From Thermodesulfobacteriota bacterium (GTDB taxonomy: Bacteria > Desulfobacterota_D > UBA1144 > Nemesobacterales > UBA2774): a stretch of 64,000 nt of DNA. Positions within the stretch are counted from its first letter, which is position 1. Each line of letters opens with the position of its first letter. The translations under genes and the position numbers were made by a program. Positions 1 to 10,435 of this stretch are shown here, piece after piece. The notes under the pieces were generated by a model. It did no database searches, had not been told where the DNA came from, and saw only the letters and a program-made list of their open reading frames with translations. Location: positions 640,001 to 704,000 of the forward strand of contig OY729416.1 of the NCBI GenBank assembly GCA_963422265.1, read 5' to 3'.

Positions 1-282
1 TCAAAAAAAACAATTACAGTTGAAATTTACGAGTGTGATTACGTCCACGACGACGGCACACGCTGCGAAAGCGAAGGAGAAAGGCAAGGTATAAAGTCGT
101 GCGCTCTGTGCCAGAAAGACCTTTGTAGTCGGCACTATGAACAAATTGTTGTTTCCAGCCGTGGGGGACGCGACACTCTTAACTATCACTTCTGCGAAGA
201 TCACACGCAGGAATTTATAGATACGTTGGTAAACACTTTCGGTGACACGCGTCCTGTTTCTTACGGCGGTATGGCTAAGTAG
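1..282 (+). CDS. Partial (5'-truncated) small Cys/His-rich putative zinc-binding protein
   Basis: Frame 1 is open from base 1 to TAG at 280-282: SKKTITVEIYECDYVHDDGTRCESEGERQGIKSCALCQKDLCSRHYEQ...YHFCEDH...GMAK*. It ends 11 nt before nnr and is not in the ORF track because its start lies outside the window. Confidence 0.7.
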   Translation, partial: SKKTITVEIYECDYVHDDGTRCESEGERQGIKSCALCQKDLCSRHYEQIVVSSRGGRDTLNYHFCEDHTQEFIDTLVNTFGDTRPVSYGGMAK

Positions 283-293
283 TTTCAGCAGGC

Positions 294-1850
294 ATGAAAA
301 TAGCGACGCGGGAAATCATTAGAGAAATAGATAGACTTGCAATCGAAAAATACGGTATCCCCAGCATTGTTCTAATGGAAAACGCTGGGCGCGCTGCTGC
401 CGACGTTTTGGTTAAAGAATTCCCCTACGCCAATAGAGCCGCGGTATTTGCAGGTAGTGGGAATAACGGAGGGGACGGCTTTGTCATTGCGCGCCACCTA
501 ATCGGCCAGGGACTTAAAATTACTACTTACATCGCCTCCGATATACGTAAGTATAAAGGGGATGCCCTTATAAACTTAAACGCTTTAATTAAAATGGGAG
601 CAAAAATAGTCGAGCTAAACGATAATGGCTTAAGAAAATATAGACGCGCAGACGTAATTGTGGATGCGCTTTTAGGAACGGGGATTGATAGGAAAATTAC
701 AGGGTTTTACCAGAGAATCATTGAATTCATAAATGCACGGGAAGAACCATGTCTTGCAGTAGATATACCCTCCGGATTGGATTCTAATACAGGATTCCCT
801 CTAGGTTCAACCATAGTTGCAGACTTGACTGTAACGTTCGTCCTTCCTAAACTCGGCACGTCAATCTACCCCGGGGCCGAATTCGCAGGGGATATATACG
901 TAGCGGACATTACGACTCCAAAATTGCTTGAGGCCAATATAAAGTATGAACTTCTTACAAACAAAGAAGTGCGCGACCTTCTAATACCCAGGCGTCCGGA
1001 TAGTCACAAAGGCACCTATGGTCACCTGCTTATCCTGGCGGGGTCAACAGGAAAATCAGGCGCCGCCACACTAGCCGCAATGGGAGCCTATAGGGTTGGC
1101 TCGGGACTAGTTACGGTTGGAGTCCCTGAGAGCCTCAACGCAATTATGGAAGAAAAAACAACAGAGGCTATGACCGAACCAATTCCTGAGACCAAACAAC
1201 ATACGTTTGGGTCGGTATCGCTCCTAAGAGTGCTTGAGATTCTTTCTGACGGGAAAACTGCTCTTACCATAGGTCCCGGCATATCTACAACCGACGACGC
1301 GCTTGAGTTTTTATACGAAATAATAAGGCAGTGCGAAGTTCCTATTTTGATAGATGCGGATGGTATAACCCTAGTAGCGAAAGAACCGAAAATATTGAGA
1401 GAAGCCAAAGCTCCCGTAGTCTTAACCCCTCATCCAGGAGAGATGTCTCGCCTGATGGGTATCAGTACGGAAGAAGTGCAAAAGGATAGAATTGGGTTAT
1501 CAATTGACTTTTCTAAACGCTTTAACTCATACCTAATACTCAAGGGAGCTAGATCGTTGATTTCAACGCCTGAGGGGAATATATACGTGAATACTACAGG
1601 AAACGCCGGCATGGCATCAGGAGGCATGGGGGACGTGCTATCGGGCGCAGTAGGGGGATTTCTGGCTCAGGGGCTAGATCCTTCGAACGCCTGCAGACTC
1701 GGAGTATTTGCTCACGGGTTAGCTGGAGATATAGTTGCAAACCAATTAGGAAAAGTGGGTATTATAGCTAGAGACGTGGCAGATACTCTTCCCAAGTCGC
1801 TAAATGAAATCCCTTCAATGGATAAGTATCCCGTCACCCGAATCCGTTGA
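294..1850 (+). CDS. nnr: Bifunctional NAD(P)H-hydrate epimerase/dehydratase (YjeF)
   Basis: LMENAG, GSGNNGGDG, DALLGTG, DIPSG, HKGTYG, TPHPGE and GGMGDVL motifs. Confidence 0.95.
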   Translation: MKIATREIIREIDRLAIEKYGIPSIVLMENAGRAAADVLVKEFPYANRAAVFAGSGNNGGDGFVIARHLIGQGLKITTYIASDIRKYKGDALINLNALIKMGAKIVELNDNGLRKYRRADVIVDALLGTGIDRKITGFYQRIIEFINAREEPCLAVDIPSGLDSNTGFPLGSTIVADLTVTFVLPKLGTSIYPGAEFAGDIYVADITTPKLLEANIKYELLTNKEVRDLLIPRRPDSHKGTYGHLLILAGSTGKSGAATLAAMGAYRVGSGLVTVGVPESLNAIMEEKTTEAMTEPIPETKQHTFGSVSLLRVLEILSDGKTALTIGPGISTTDDALEFLYEIIRQCEVPILIDADGITLVAKEPKILREAKAPVVLTPHPGEMSRLMGISTEEVQKDRIGLSIDFSKRFNSYLILKGARSLISTPEGNIYVNTTGNAGMASGGMGDVLSGAVGGFLAQGLDPSNACRLGVFAHGLAGDIVANQLGKVGIIARDVADTLPKSLNEIPSMDKYPVTRIR

Positions 1851-1881
1851 CCGAACCCTCATTTCATTTACTAGGAATAAA

Positions 1882-2382
1882 ATGTCAGAAAGACAAGTTG
1901 TAAAAATACAATCAAGAAATACTAAGGAGACGCTCAGGCTTGGCGAGATTATTGGAAAATCCTTAAATCCCGGTAGTATTGTAGGTATTAACGGGAATCT
2001 TGGAGCTGGCAAAACGGTACTCGTTAAAGGTATGGCAAAGGGACTCGGGGTTGAAGAAGAAATCAATAGTCCGACTTTTGTTATCGTTAATTGTTACGAA
2101 GGACGCGTGCCGTTCTACCACTTTGACCTCTATAGGATTTCAAGTAAAGATGAACTACTGGATATAGGTTACGAAGAGCTTTTCTTCGGAGAAGGAATAG
2201 CAGCGGTGGAATGGGCGGATAGGGTTAAAGGAGTATTCCCGGAAGACGCAATTAGCATCGAGATAGAAACCCCTGAATCTGACCAGGAATCTATGGAAAC
2301 AACGAGAAAGATAAACTTTGAAGGAAGTAAAGAGTGGGTCTTATTGTTCAAAAGTATGGCGGAACAAGCGTCTCTAGCATAG
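1882..2382 (+). CDS. tsaE: tRNA t6A37 biosynthesis ATPase
   Basis: [18 protein letters not shown] and VEWA motifs; follows nnr; start moved to ATG 1882. Confidence 0.93.
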   Translation: MSERQVVKIQSRNTKETLRLGEIIGKSLNPGSIVGINGNLGAGKTVLVKGMAKGLGVEEEINSPTFVIVNCYEGRVPFYHFDLYRISSKDELLDIGYEELFFGEGIAAVEWADRVKGVFPEDAISIEIETPESDQESMETTRKINFEGSKEWVLLFKSMAEQASLA

Positions 2383-3569
2383 AAAAGATTAAGTGGGTAG
2401 CACAGCACGTCATAAAAACCAAAGAATCTGGTAGTGACGTTCTGGTGGTAGTCTCCGCAATGGCGGGAGAAACGGATAGGCTCTTAAATCTTTGTCTTCA
2501 GGTCATGGACCCACCGGACGAGAGAGAGCTTGACGTTATTACCTCAAGCGGTGAGCAGGTATCTTCGGGGCTGCTAGCGTTGACAATAAAATCGCTAGGA
2601 CGTCAAGCAAAGTCTTATCAAGGGCACCAAGTGCGCATTACAACCGACAGTGCTCACTCTAAAGCGAAAATAATCAGTATCAAAGCCGATAAGGTTATAG
2701 AAGCACTGGATAAAAGCAACATAGTGGTAGTCGCGGGATTTCAGGGTGTAGATAAAAACGGAAACGTAACCACTCTCGGAAGGGGAGGATCAGATCTTAC
2801 TGCAGTAGCCCTAGCGGTGGCTCTCAAAGCCGACTTCTGCGAACTTTATAAAGATGACGTTGATGGTATATATACGACGGACCCGGGGATAGTGCAGAAC
2901 GCTAGAAAACTCGAAAAAATCTCCTATGAAGAAATGCTCGAGATGGCTAGCCTCGGATCAAAGGTGCTTCAGGCAAGAGCCGTTGAGTTCGCAAAGAAAT
3001 TCGAGGTAAAGCTCCATATACGTCCTACGTCAAGACCGGATTCCGAGGGAACTTGGGTCGTTCAGGAGGAAAAAGAAATGTCTCATCTGGAAGATATAGT
3101 TATATCTGGAATATCCCATGACAAGAATCAGGCGAAAATTACTATCACCCAGGTGCCTGATAGTCCAGGAGTCGCAGCCAAAATCTTTACCCCACTCGGG
3201 GATGAAGGCATAATCGTTGACATGATTGTGCAGAACGTAAGTCGGGAGGGACACGCCGATCTTACCTTTACAGTGCCAAGGACGGACTTCAAGAAATCAA
3301 TTATAATTACAGAGGGAGTAGCGAATAAACTTGGGGCTAAGAACATACTGTCGGATGATAATATAGCTAAGGTATCATTGGTCGGCGTTGGAATGAAGTC
3401 TCACTCTGGAGTAGCTACTACTATGTTTGAAACACTCGCTAAAGAGAGAATAAACATTATAATGATAAGCACCTCTGAGATAAAAATCTCCTGCGTTATT
3501 GAAGAAAAGCACACCGAGGCTGCAGTAAGAGCTTTAAACGCCGCCTTTAATCTAGGAAAAGACGCATGA
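2334..3569 (+). CDS. lysC: Aspartate kinase
   Basis: [28 protein letters not shown] and C-terminal ACT domains; GTG start. Confidence 0.96.
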   Translation: MGLIVQKYGGTSVSSIEKIKWVAQHVIKTKESGSDVLVVVSAMAGETDRLLNLCLQVMDPPDERELDVITSSGEQVSSGLLALTIKSLGRQAKSYQGHQVRITTDSAHSKAKIISIKADKVIEALDKSNIVVVAGFQGVDKNGNVTTLGRGGSDLTAVALAVALKADFCELYKDDVDGIYTTDPGIVQNARKLEKISYEEMLEMASLGSKVLQARAVEFAKKFEVKLHIRPTSRPDSEGTWVVQEEKEMSHLEDIVISGISHDKNQAKITITQVPDSPGVAAKIFTPLGDEGIIVDMIVQNVSREGHADLTFTVPRTDFKKSIIITEGVANKLGAKNILSDDNIAKVSLVGVGMKSHSGVATTMFETLAKERINIIMISTSEIKISCVIEEKHTEAAVRALNAAFNLGKDA

Positions 3570-5170
3570 GGAAGAATTTAGTCAAGATATACGATGTTAC
3601 TCTACGAGATGGCACTCAGGGGGAGAATATATCCTTTTCCATTCATGACAAGGTCCGCATCGCCCAGAAGCTGGATGATCTTGGTGTTCATTACATTGAA
3701 GGTGGGTGGCCCGGTTCAAACGAAAGGGATAAAGGATTTTTTGAAGAAGCGAGAAATATCCGGCTTAGAAAAGCAAAAATAGCCGCATTTGGAAGCACTA
3801 GGCGATCAAAGACGACCTGCGAAAAAGATGGGAGCGTTCAGGCTCTGCTTAAAGCAGAAACGCCAGTCGCAACAATAGTAGGAAAGAGTTGGGACTTTCA
3901 CGTTACCGAAGCCCTTAGAATTTCACTCCAAGAAAACCTCGAAATCATAAGCGACACGACGGCCTATCTGAAGAAAAGGATAGATGAAGTGTTCTTTGAC
4001 GCCGAGCATTTCTTTGATGGATTTAAGAATAACCCAGAGCACGCGATAGAAGCAATACAAGCAGCCTACAACGCAGGGGCAGATGTGCTTGTGCTCTGTG
4101 ATACGAATGGTGGCACAATGCCTTGGGAAATCGAGTCTATAGTAGGGCAGGTAAACCTTAAACTCAATGACCCTGACCTTGGCATACATACCCATAATGA
4201 CGGAGAAGTAGGGGTCGCTAACGCTTTATATGCAGTTAGAGGGGGAGCTAGACAAGTGCAAGGAACGATAAACGGATATGGTGAAAGATGTGGCAATGCT
4301 AACCTTTGTTCAATCATACCAGACCTAAGATTAAAGCTGGGCATGGACTGTCTAGAAGACAAAGAGCTTAAAAAACTATATGACACTTCTCACTTCATCC
4401 ACGAACTTACTAACTTGCCCCCAATAAAACATCGTCCTTTTGTAGGAGAAAGCGCCTTTGCCCATAAAGGAGGGCTTCACGTAAGCGCCGTTATGAAAAA
4501 CTCTGAAACCTACGAGCACGTAAACCCCGAAGTAGTAGGAAACAGAAGGCGCGTGTTGGTGTCTGATCTTTCGGGGAGAAGCAACGTGCTTTATAAAGCG
4601 AAAGAGCTTGGTATCGACCTTCACTCAGGAGATAAAAGAGTGAGCTTTATCTTAAACGATCTCAAAAAACTTGAAAATGAAGGATACGAATTTGAAGGGG
4701 CTGACGCGTCCTTTGAGCTACTTATAAGAAAAGCGCTGGGCTCATATAGAAAACCCTTCCACTTGGAACGCGCGAGTACCATTACGGACAAACTCGCTGA
4801 TGATGAAGAGCCTAGCACAAAAGCGACTATTGTAGTCCAAGTTGATGGGGTGACCGAGCGTATGACCGCCATAGGAAATGGACCCGTGAACGCTATGGAC
4901 CAAGCGCTCAGAAAAGCCCTTGAAAAATTCTATCCTAACCTTAAAAAGGTGAGACTTAAAGATTACAGGGTTAGGGTTTTATCTACCAAACGTGGTTCAG
5001 ACGCCGTAGTGAGGGTTCTTATAGAATCAGGTGATGGAGATAGCGACTGGAGCACAGTAGGGGTTTCGGAAAACATAGTAGAAGCAAGCCGAAAGGCTCT
5101 TGTTGACAGCATTGACTATAAAATACTGAAAGATGAAGCTGAAAAAGTGAAAGAAGCTATGGGTCGATAA
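3566..5170 (+). CDS. cimA: Citramalate synthase (LeuA/CimA family)
   Basis: [36 protein letters not shown] and AHKGGLH motifs plus LeuA regulatory domain. Confidence 0.92.
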   Translation: MRKNLVKIYDVTLRDGTQGENISFSIHDKVRIAQKLDDLGVHYIEGGWPGSNERDKGFFEEARNIRLRKAKIAAFGSTRRSKTTCEKDGSVQALLKAETPVATIVGKSWDFHVTEALRISLQENLEIISDTTAYLKKRIDEVFFDAEHFFDGFKNNPEHAIEAIQAAYNAGADVLVLCDTNGGTMPWEIESIVGQVNLKLNDPDLGIHTHNDGEVGVANALYAVRGGARQVQGTINGYGERCGNANLCSIIPDLRLKLGMDCLEDKELKKLYDTSHFIHELTNLPPIKHRPFVGESAFAHKGGLHVSAVMKNSETYEHVNPEVVGNRRRVLVSDLSGRSNVLYKAKELGIDLHSGDKRVSFILNDLKKLENEGYEFEGADASFELLIRKALGSYRKPFHLERASTITDKLADDEEPSTKATIVVQVDGVTERMTAIGNGPVNAMDQALRKALEKFYPNLKKVRLKDYRVRVLSTKRGSDAVVRVLIESGDGDSDWSTVGVSENIVEASRKALVDSIDYKILKDEAEKVKEAMGR

Positions 5171-5224
5171 TAACCTTGGCTTTCTCGAAAACGGTTCCAG
5201 AAGCTATAGATGAACTTTCATGCT

Positions 5225-5734
5225 TTAGATTAAAACTAGTATCCCTAATACCGTTAAATATACTATGAACCCTATCATGCAAACGCCTATGGCTCGCCAG
5301 GTACTCTCGTAATCGAGCGCCTGCCTAGTTGCAATGACCATTGCAATTAGCATCCAGACATTCACAACTACCGATATTGCAACACCCAAAAAGGGGAGAA
5401 ACGCTAATACGCCAAGTATGCCAGGTGAGCTTGAAAAACCTATCGTGCGGAGTAGCTCACCCACGTCTGACCTAGTTTGCGGCTCGGGAAGAAGCTTAGT
5501 CCCAATCAAATACGTTAGAAAAGCCCATATAAACCATCCAAGTAGACCGCCAACCGTGCCGAAAACGATTCCCGAGACGCCTATAGTTCCAATAGCACCT
5601 ATACCAGACGCCACGCTTGATAGGACAACTACCGTCATCGCTTGCTTCATTGCTCCTTTGTCAGCTTCGACTTCCTCGTATAAATCGACGTCAAGCTTAG
5701 AAGCTCTTATCATGCGATCTAACAAACTGGCCAT
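5225..5734 (-). CDS. YIP1-family membrane protein
   Basis: YEEVEAD N-terminus, several TM helices, LLRTIGF and RQALD segments. Confidence 0.75.
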   Translation of the reverse strand: MASLLDRMIRASKLDVDLYEEVEADKGAMKQAMTVVVLSSVASGIGAIGTIGVSGIVFGTVGGLLGWFIWAFLTYLIGTKLLPEPQTRSDVGELLRTIGFSSSPGILGVLAFLPFLGVAISVVVNVWMLIAMVIATRQALDYESTWRAIGVCMIGFIVYLTVLGILVLI

Positions 5735-5772
5735 TTATATTATATACACATCCCTTAATCGAATAATAGAGA

Positions 5773-7401
5773 CTAAAGCGATCTCCTAATACCAGACACA
5801 AGCATATCATCTAAAAGCTTTAATAACAATAGCAAGTTTTTCTTTGAACACTCATCCATCAATGATATCTGAATCCAGTTCCTTTTTTGTAGATAAACGC
5901 TTCTCCAACTCAAGAAAAATCCCTCTCGTTCAAGACGCTCACCTAATTCTCTGGAGCTTATCTGAGGAGGAAGCACGATAGTTGTTAGTGAAGGAGAAAA
6001 ATTCTCTTCGGAAGCAATAATTAAGAACCCTAAATGACGAAGCTTCCCTCTTAGCCATAATGAAAGCTCCCTCAACGTGCCGAATCTTCTCTCAAAATCG
6101 GTATTTTCTATTGATTCCTTAAGTGCGTAAATAAGATTAGACGACAAGGTGTATGGAACTCCCTCCGACTTTGCGTAACCCCCTATATCCAAGTATCTAG
6201 GAATAAAGCAGGGGGCTGGAGAGATCTCATGATTATAGAAAACAAAAGAAAGCCCCGCATAAGAAGCGAGGCCTTTTCCACTTACCCCTGAGGCAAGATA
6301 TACATCGGATAAGTCAAGAGGCGTAGTGCCTAAAGAACTCACACAATCTAAGCACAGTAGAACATCCCTAGCGGTACAGATTTTTTTTAGAATTTCCAAA
6401 TCATTGAGAATGCCACTAGAGGTCTCCGCATGGACTACCCAGAGCCAGTTGATTTTTCTATCGGACTGAAGAGCTTTCTCTATTGCCCCTGGAGTAAATG
6501 AATTACCCCATTTAAGCTTTATTGAATTAAAAGATAAACCTGTTCTTACCGCATGATCACATAACCTCTCTCCAAATTCTCCATTAGAAATAATTAGTCC
6601 TTTGCCTCTTATAAGTGAGAGTTGATAAGCCACGGCGTCGTTCGCTAAAGTGCCTGATCCCATCAATATCTCAACGTGTTTGGAGTTTACGAGACTTGAT
6701 AGGATGGCTTTTACAGATTTAAGATCTTTTATAAACACCGGAGATCTGTGGGATACGGGGGAACTGACGAAGGCACTTTTTACTGAAGGCTTTACACTCA
6801 CGGGACCTGGTAATAGATTAAGGGGGATTCTGTCTAGTGGTTTAGGTTCTCTCATCCGCGATAGAAGCTTATTGCCTTCCTTAAATTTAAGATAAGATTC
6901 ACAGGTCATATACATCGGTTGATACGCCGCATTTTCTTTTCCAACGAGGGAACCGAAGGGAATAAACCCCAGCTTCTGATAAAGCTCTGACTGACTCGGC
7001 GTCGCGGAAATAAGGGCAAGGTCATAGTTCATTTCTTCGCAGTACTCCGCCAACAAAATAAAAAGCCCTTGTATGACTTTTCTGTGGCGGCGCCCTGTTT
7101 TTACGGATAACAACCTTATCTCACATAGAGAACTTGATTCTGGCAGATATGAATCCAGATTCTCAAGCTTATGATCAAGGGAAAAAGGACGCTTGTCTCT
7201 CACCGCTATCATTCCAACAAGCTCACCACTATCTAAACATATAATATATACGTTTTCATTATGAAACTTATCCTCAAGCACACGCACAGGGTTAGCGTCG
7301 TGCTGCGGTATCTCCTCCACAAACGTCTCGTAGTTGAGTTTGGCAATCTGCTCAAACTCAACTATATCGGAAGCAATCTTAAACTCTAAACCCCTTGCCA
7401 T
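5773..7401 (-). CDS. GNAT/acyl-synthase-like domain fused to a class V PLP-dependent aminotransferase
   Basis: N-terminal half has LNYETFVEEIPQH, CEIRLLSV and LYQKLGF; C-terminal half has LLPGP, SHRS, GSGT, VHAETSSG, DCVSS and SGKG. Start at 7401 (alternative 7428). Confidence 0.8.
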   Translation of the reverse strand: MARGLEFKIASDIVEFEQIAKLNYETFVEEIPQHDANPVRVLEDKFHNENVYIICLDSGELVGMIAVRDKRPFSLDHKLENLDSYLPESSSLCEIRLLSVKTGRRHRKVIQGLFILLAEYCEEMNYDLALISATPSQSELYQKLGFIPFGSLVGKENAAYQPMYMTCESYLKFKEGNKLLSRMREPKPLDRIPLNLLPGPVSVKPSVKSAFVSSPVSHRSPVFIKDLKSVKAILSSLVNSKHVEILMGSGTLANDAVAYQLSLIRGKGLIISNGEFGERLCDHAVRTGLSFNSIKLKWGNSFTPGAIEKALQSDRKINWLWVVHAETSSGILNDLEILKKICTARDVLLCLDCVSSLGTTPLDLSDVYLASGVSGKGLASYAGLSFVFYNHEISPAPCFIPRYLDIGGYAKSEGVPYTLSSNLIYALKESIENTDFERRFGTLRELSLWLRGKLRHLGFLIIASEENFSPSLTTIVLPPQISSRELGERLEREGFFLSWRSVYLQKRNWIQISLMDECSKKNLLLLLKLLDDMLVSGIRRSL

Positions 7402-7461
7402 ACTATTATCTCTCGCGCATATCAACAAACAAGCTAAGGATGCCTTAATGAAAGTTACAAA

Positions 7462-7878
7462 CTATAAGATAAATCTACTCTTAACATCCTCAGTCGGCAG
7501 CATGCACTTATCTCTTTTCCCAAGAATCTTATATCTATTTCTTACTATAGTATCGTAAAAAAAATCCCTTATTGAGACAGGAACAAGATAAAATAAGCAG
7601 AGTAAGCCCCAAGCACCCCCTAACTTTTGACATACTCTGAGAGAGGCGGTCGATTTTTGATAAGAATTGCCGTTTTCAATAAGTATGAAGGAATTTAGAT
7701 TGTCCGTTGGAAGATTGTATTTCTCTAATATCCTTATACCAGCTTCAGATCGAAGCGCTGCGAATCTGAATACCCTTCTGCGGTCCCTCTTTATCACAAG
7801 TTGAACCAAAGCTATGCAATAATTGCACACACCGTCAAACAGAATTGTAGAACTAGCAGATTTCTCGTCATTCACCAT
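7462..7878 (-). CDS. DCC1-like thiol-disulfide oxidoreductase (YuxK family)
   Basis: FDGVCNYC (DxxCxxC) and RNRYKILG motifs. Confidence 0.88.
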   Translation of the reverse strand: MVNDEKSASSTILFDGVCNYCIALVQLVIKRDRRRVFRFAALRSEAGIRILEKYNLPTDNLNSFILIENGNSYQKSTASLRVCQKLGGAWGLLCLFYLVPVSIRDFFYDTIVRNRYKILGKRDKCMLPTEDVKSRFIL

Positions 7879-7941
7879 TTTTGATAACCGAAAAAAGGAT
7901 AATAAGACGCCTTCCCTCGCCACGCGAAAGATCATAAGAAA

Positions 7942-8634
7942 TTAAACTATACCAGCAGAAGGGCAGAGGTGACTGATTGCGCATTCTTCACATTTAGGTT
8001 TCCTTGCAAAGCATACAGTGCGCCCGTGATCGCCAAGCGAGTTTGAGAAAAATGTCCATTTCTTCTGAGGGATTAACCCCTGAAGGTCAAACTCAATTTT
8101 GGTCGGGTCTAAATTATCCGTAAGCCTGAGCCTCGTGGACAATCTCTTAATGTGCGTATCAACTATAATCCCTGGCAACCCGTAATAGTTCCCAAGAACC
8201 ACGTTAGCCGTCTTTCTACCGACTCCCGCAAGCTTAGTAAGTTCCTGCATTGAGTTAGGGACTTGCCCCTTATACTCATCCACGAGAGCTTTACAACAGT
8301 TAATAATGAAATTAGCCTTGGCTCTATAAAACCCACACGAATGAATCTCATCTTCAAGCTCAACCCTATCCGCAAGGGCAAGCTCTTTAGGGGTCGTATA
8401 TTTTTTGAAAAGGTCTTTCGTAACCTTGTTTACCCTTTTATCAGTGCATTGCGCGGACAGAATACAACCGATTAGAAGCTCAAAAGCGCTTTTATAGTTG
8501 AGATGGCATTTTGCCTTCGGATATTCATCCTCTAGTACCGAAAGTATAGCACCCGCCCGCTCTTTCTTGAAAGCCAGAGCTTCATTAGGTCCCCCCCCCG
8601 CTTTTTCCTTAGATACAATACCCATTCGGAGCAA
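7942..8634 (-). CDS. nth: Endonuclease III
   Basis: LSAQCTD, HhH motif LAGVGRKTANV, VDTH and C-x6-C-x2-C-x5-C Fe-S motif. Confidence 0.96.
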   Translation of the reverse strand: MLRMGIVSKEKAGGGPNEALAFKKERAGAILSVLEDEYPKAKCHLNYKSAFELLIGCILSAQCTDKRVNKVTKDLFKKYTTPKELALADRVELEDEIHSCGFYRAKANFIINCCKALVDEYKGQVPNSMQELTKLAGVGRKTANVVLGNYYGLPGIIVDTHIKRLSTRLRLTDNLDPTKIEFDLQGLIPQKKWTFFSNSLGDHGRTVCFARKPKCEECAISHLCPSAGIV

Positions 8635-8676
8635 GACATAGAAAAAAGGATACGTAGCACATATTCTAAAAGAGCG

Positions 8677-8946
8677 TTAATCATCTTTCCTTGCGGGTTC
8701 CAACCCTTCTTTGCCTTCAAAGAAATTAGCGTTAATGTCAATATACTCACGCCACTTGTCAGGAAGCTCATCTTCGTGATAAATAGCATCAACCGGGCAA
8801 GGATCAACACAAGCACCACAATCTATACACTCCTCAGGGTGAATAACAAGCATTTTCTCCGCTTCGTATATGCAGTCCACCGGGCATGCCTCGACGCACG
8901 CTTTATCTTTCACATCTATGCACGGTTCTGCAATTATGTATGCCAT
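8677..8946 (-). CDS. fdxA: 7Fe-type dicluster ferredoxin
   Basis: C-x7-C-x3-CP and CxxCxxCxxxCP motifs; GGAGG SD upstream. Confidence 0.92.
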   Translation of the reverse strand: MAYIIAEPCIDVKDKACVEACPVDCIYEAEKMLVIHPEECIDCGACVDPCPVDAIYHEDELPDKWREYIDINANFFEGKEGLEPARKDD

Positions 8947-9090
8947 TTTTTAACGCTACCTCCTATTGGAATATACTCAATGCCACCATAGCATACAAGT
9001 AACGGAAATAAGAACCAACCATATAGCTAGTTGGGTGTTACTCTTTTTGCTATTACGGCTCAGCGCAACTGAATTTAGAATTGCTTTGCC

Positions 9091-9537
9091 TTATTTAGAC
9101 TCCGGAGACACTTGAACTGGCAGTGATTCATCCTGCTTCAAAAGCTTAGAACTTTCGGGTTCTTCAGGCAAGGTGACATCCTGTATCGTTTCGTCTTGAG
9201 GCACCGTTTCATCAGAGATGCCATCGGGTGAATCGGTATCTGAGATAGATTCCTCTACAGGAGCGACAACTATATCAGTAACTACTGATTTGCTAACTCC
9301 TTTTGTAGCAAAATATCCCAAAGATAGTGAAGTAAATATGAATAATACTGCCAACCCTCTTGTAACTTTGGACAAGAAAGGCACGGCGCCGCTTGATCCG
9401 AAAACCGACTCGCTTGATCCACCTCCGAATATAGAACCTAAATCCCCACTCTTGCCCGGCTGCAATAGCACAACCATAATAAGCAGTACGCATACTACTA
9501 CATGTATCACTTTTACACAAAAGATTATTAGCTCCAC
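9091..9537 (-). CDS. secG: Preprotein translocase subunit SecG with acidic C-terminal tail
   Basis: VLLQPGKSGDLGSIFGGG, two TM helices, follows tpiA. Confidence 0.92.
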   Translation of the reverse strand: MELIIFCVKVIHVVVCVLLIMVVLLQPGKSGDLGSIFGGGSSESVFGSSGAVPFLSKVTRGLAVLFIFTSLSLGYFATKGVSKSVVTDIVVAPVEESISDTDSPDGISDETVPQDETIQDVTLPEEPESSKLLKQDESLPVQVSPESK

Positions 9538-9543
9538 TGTTGT

Positions 9544-10305
9544 TTATCCCCCCGCTATTTGAACTATTTTTACCAGCGAATCAGCAACTAGACTTGCGCC
9601 ACCCACTAACGCACCGTCTATATCTTGTTTGACAAGAAGCTCTTCTATATTACCTTCTGTAACGCTCCCACCATAAACTATCCTCAAACGCTCCACAACG
9701 TTTTCACCCAACATCTTACCCGTTATTTCACGAATTGTAGCCTGCACGCGTTGAGCTTGATCAGGCGTCGCGTTCCTGCCCGTCCCTATTGCCCATACAG
9801 GCTCATAAGCAATAACCAGCCTAGTAGGATCGTCAAGCTCTAAGTCCAAGAGAGCACGCTCTAATTGGACAGACACAGCCCTAATTGTCTTTCCCTCGTT
9901 TCTTTCGTCAAGAGTTTCACCAACGCAGAGAATTACGTTTAGACCCTCTTCGAGAGAAAACTCAAGCTTCTTTTTTACCAATTCATCCGATTCACTCAAC
10001 GTATTCCTTCTTTCAGAGTGTCCTATAATCACCCATTTACAACCTACATCAAGAAGCATAGCCGGGGAAATTTCACCAGTAAAAGGACCCATGTCTTTCC
10101 AAAAAACGTCTTGTGCGCCAAGCATAATGCCCGTGTGCCCAATAGATCGTTCTACCAAGTCCAATACTGTATAAGGCGGACAGAGGACTACGTCTATATT
10201 CGCTATAGAGTCGTTAACGCCAGCTACAAACCTCTCCGTCAACTCTTTAGCTTCATTTCTGAGTATATTCATTTTCCAATTACCAGCTATAAATACTTTC
10301 CTCAT
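9544..10305 (-). CDS. tpiA: Triosephosphate isomerase
   Basis: AGNWKMN, GHSERR, AYEPVWAIGTG, YGGSV and LVGGAS motifs. Confidence 0.98.
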   Translation of the reverse strand: MRKVFIAGNWKMNILRNEAKELTERFVAGVNDSIANIDVVLCPPYTVLDLVERSIGHTGIMLGAQDVFWKDMGPFTGEISPAMLLDVGCKWVIIGHSERRNTLSESDELVKKKLEFSLEEGLNVILCVGETLDERNEGKTIRAVSVQLERALLDLELDDPTRLVIAYEPVWAIGTGRNATPDQAQRVQATIREITGKMLGENVVERLRIVYGGSVTEGNIEELLVKQDIDGALVGGASLVADSLVKIVQIAGG

Positions 10306-10435
10306 TTTTACGGTTTTTAGGGGCGTTTAATAACGACTGAATCATCCCGGATTCGGCTTCCGAAAATTATAAAGGAAGGATAATAATTGTTCAAATTACC
10401 TTCCGTAACGTCAATTTCTTTGACTGAAGAAATTA

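Noticed and set aside
1-204. 67-aa minus-strand ORF in the track
   Set aside because: It is the antisense shadow of the more protein-like + strand Cys/His-rich ORF and has no recognisable motif.
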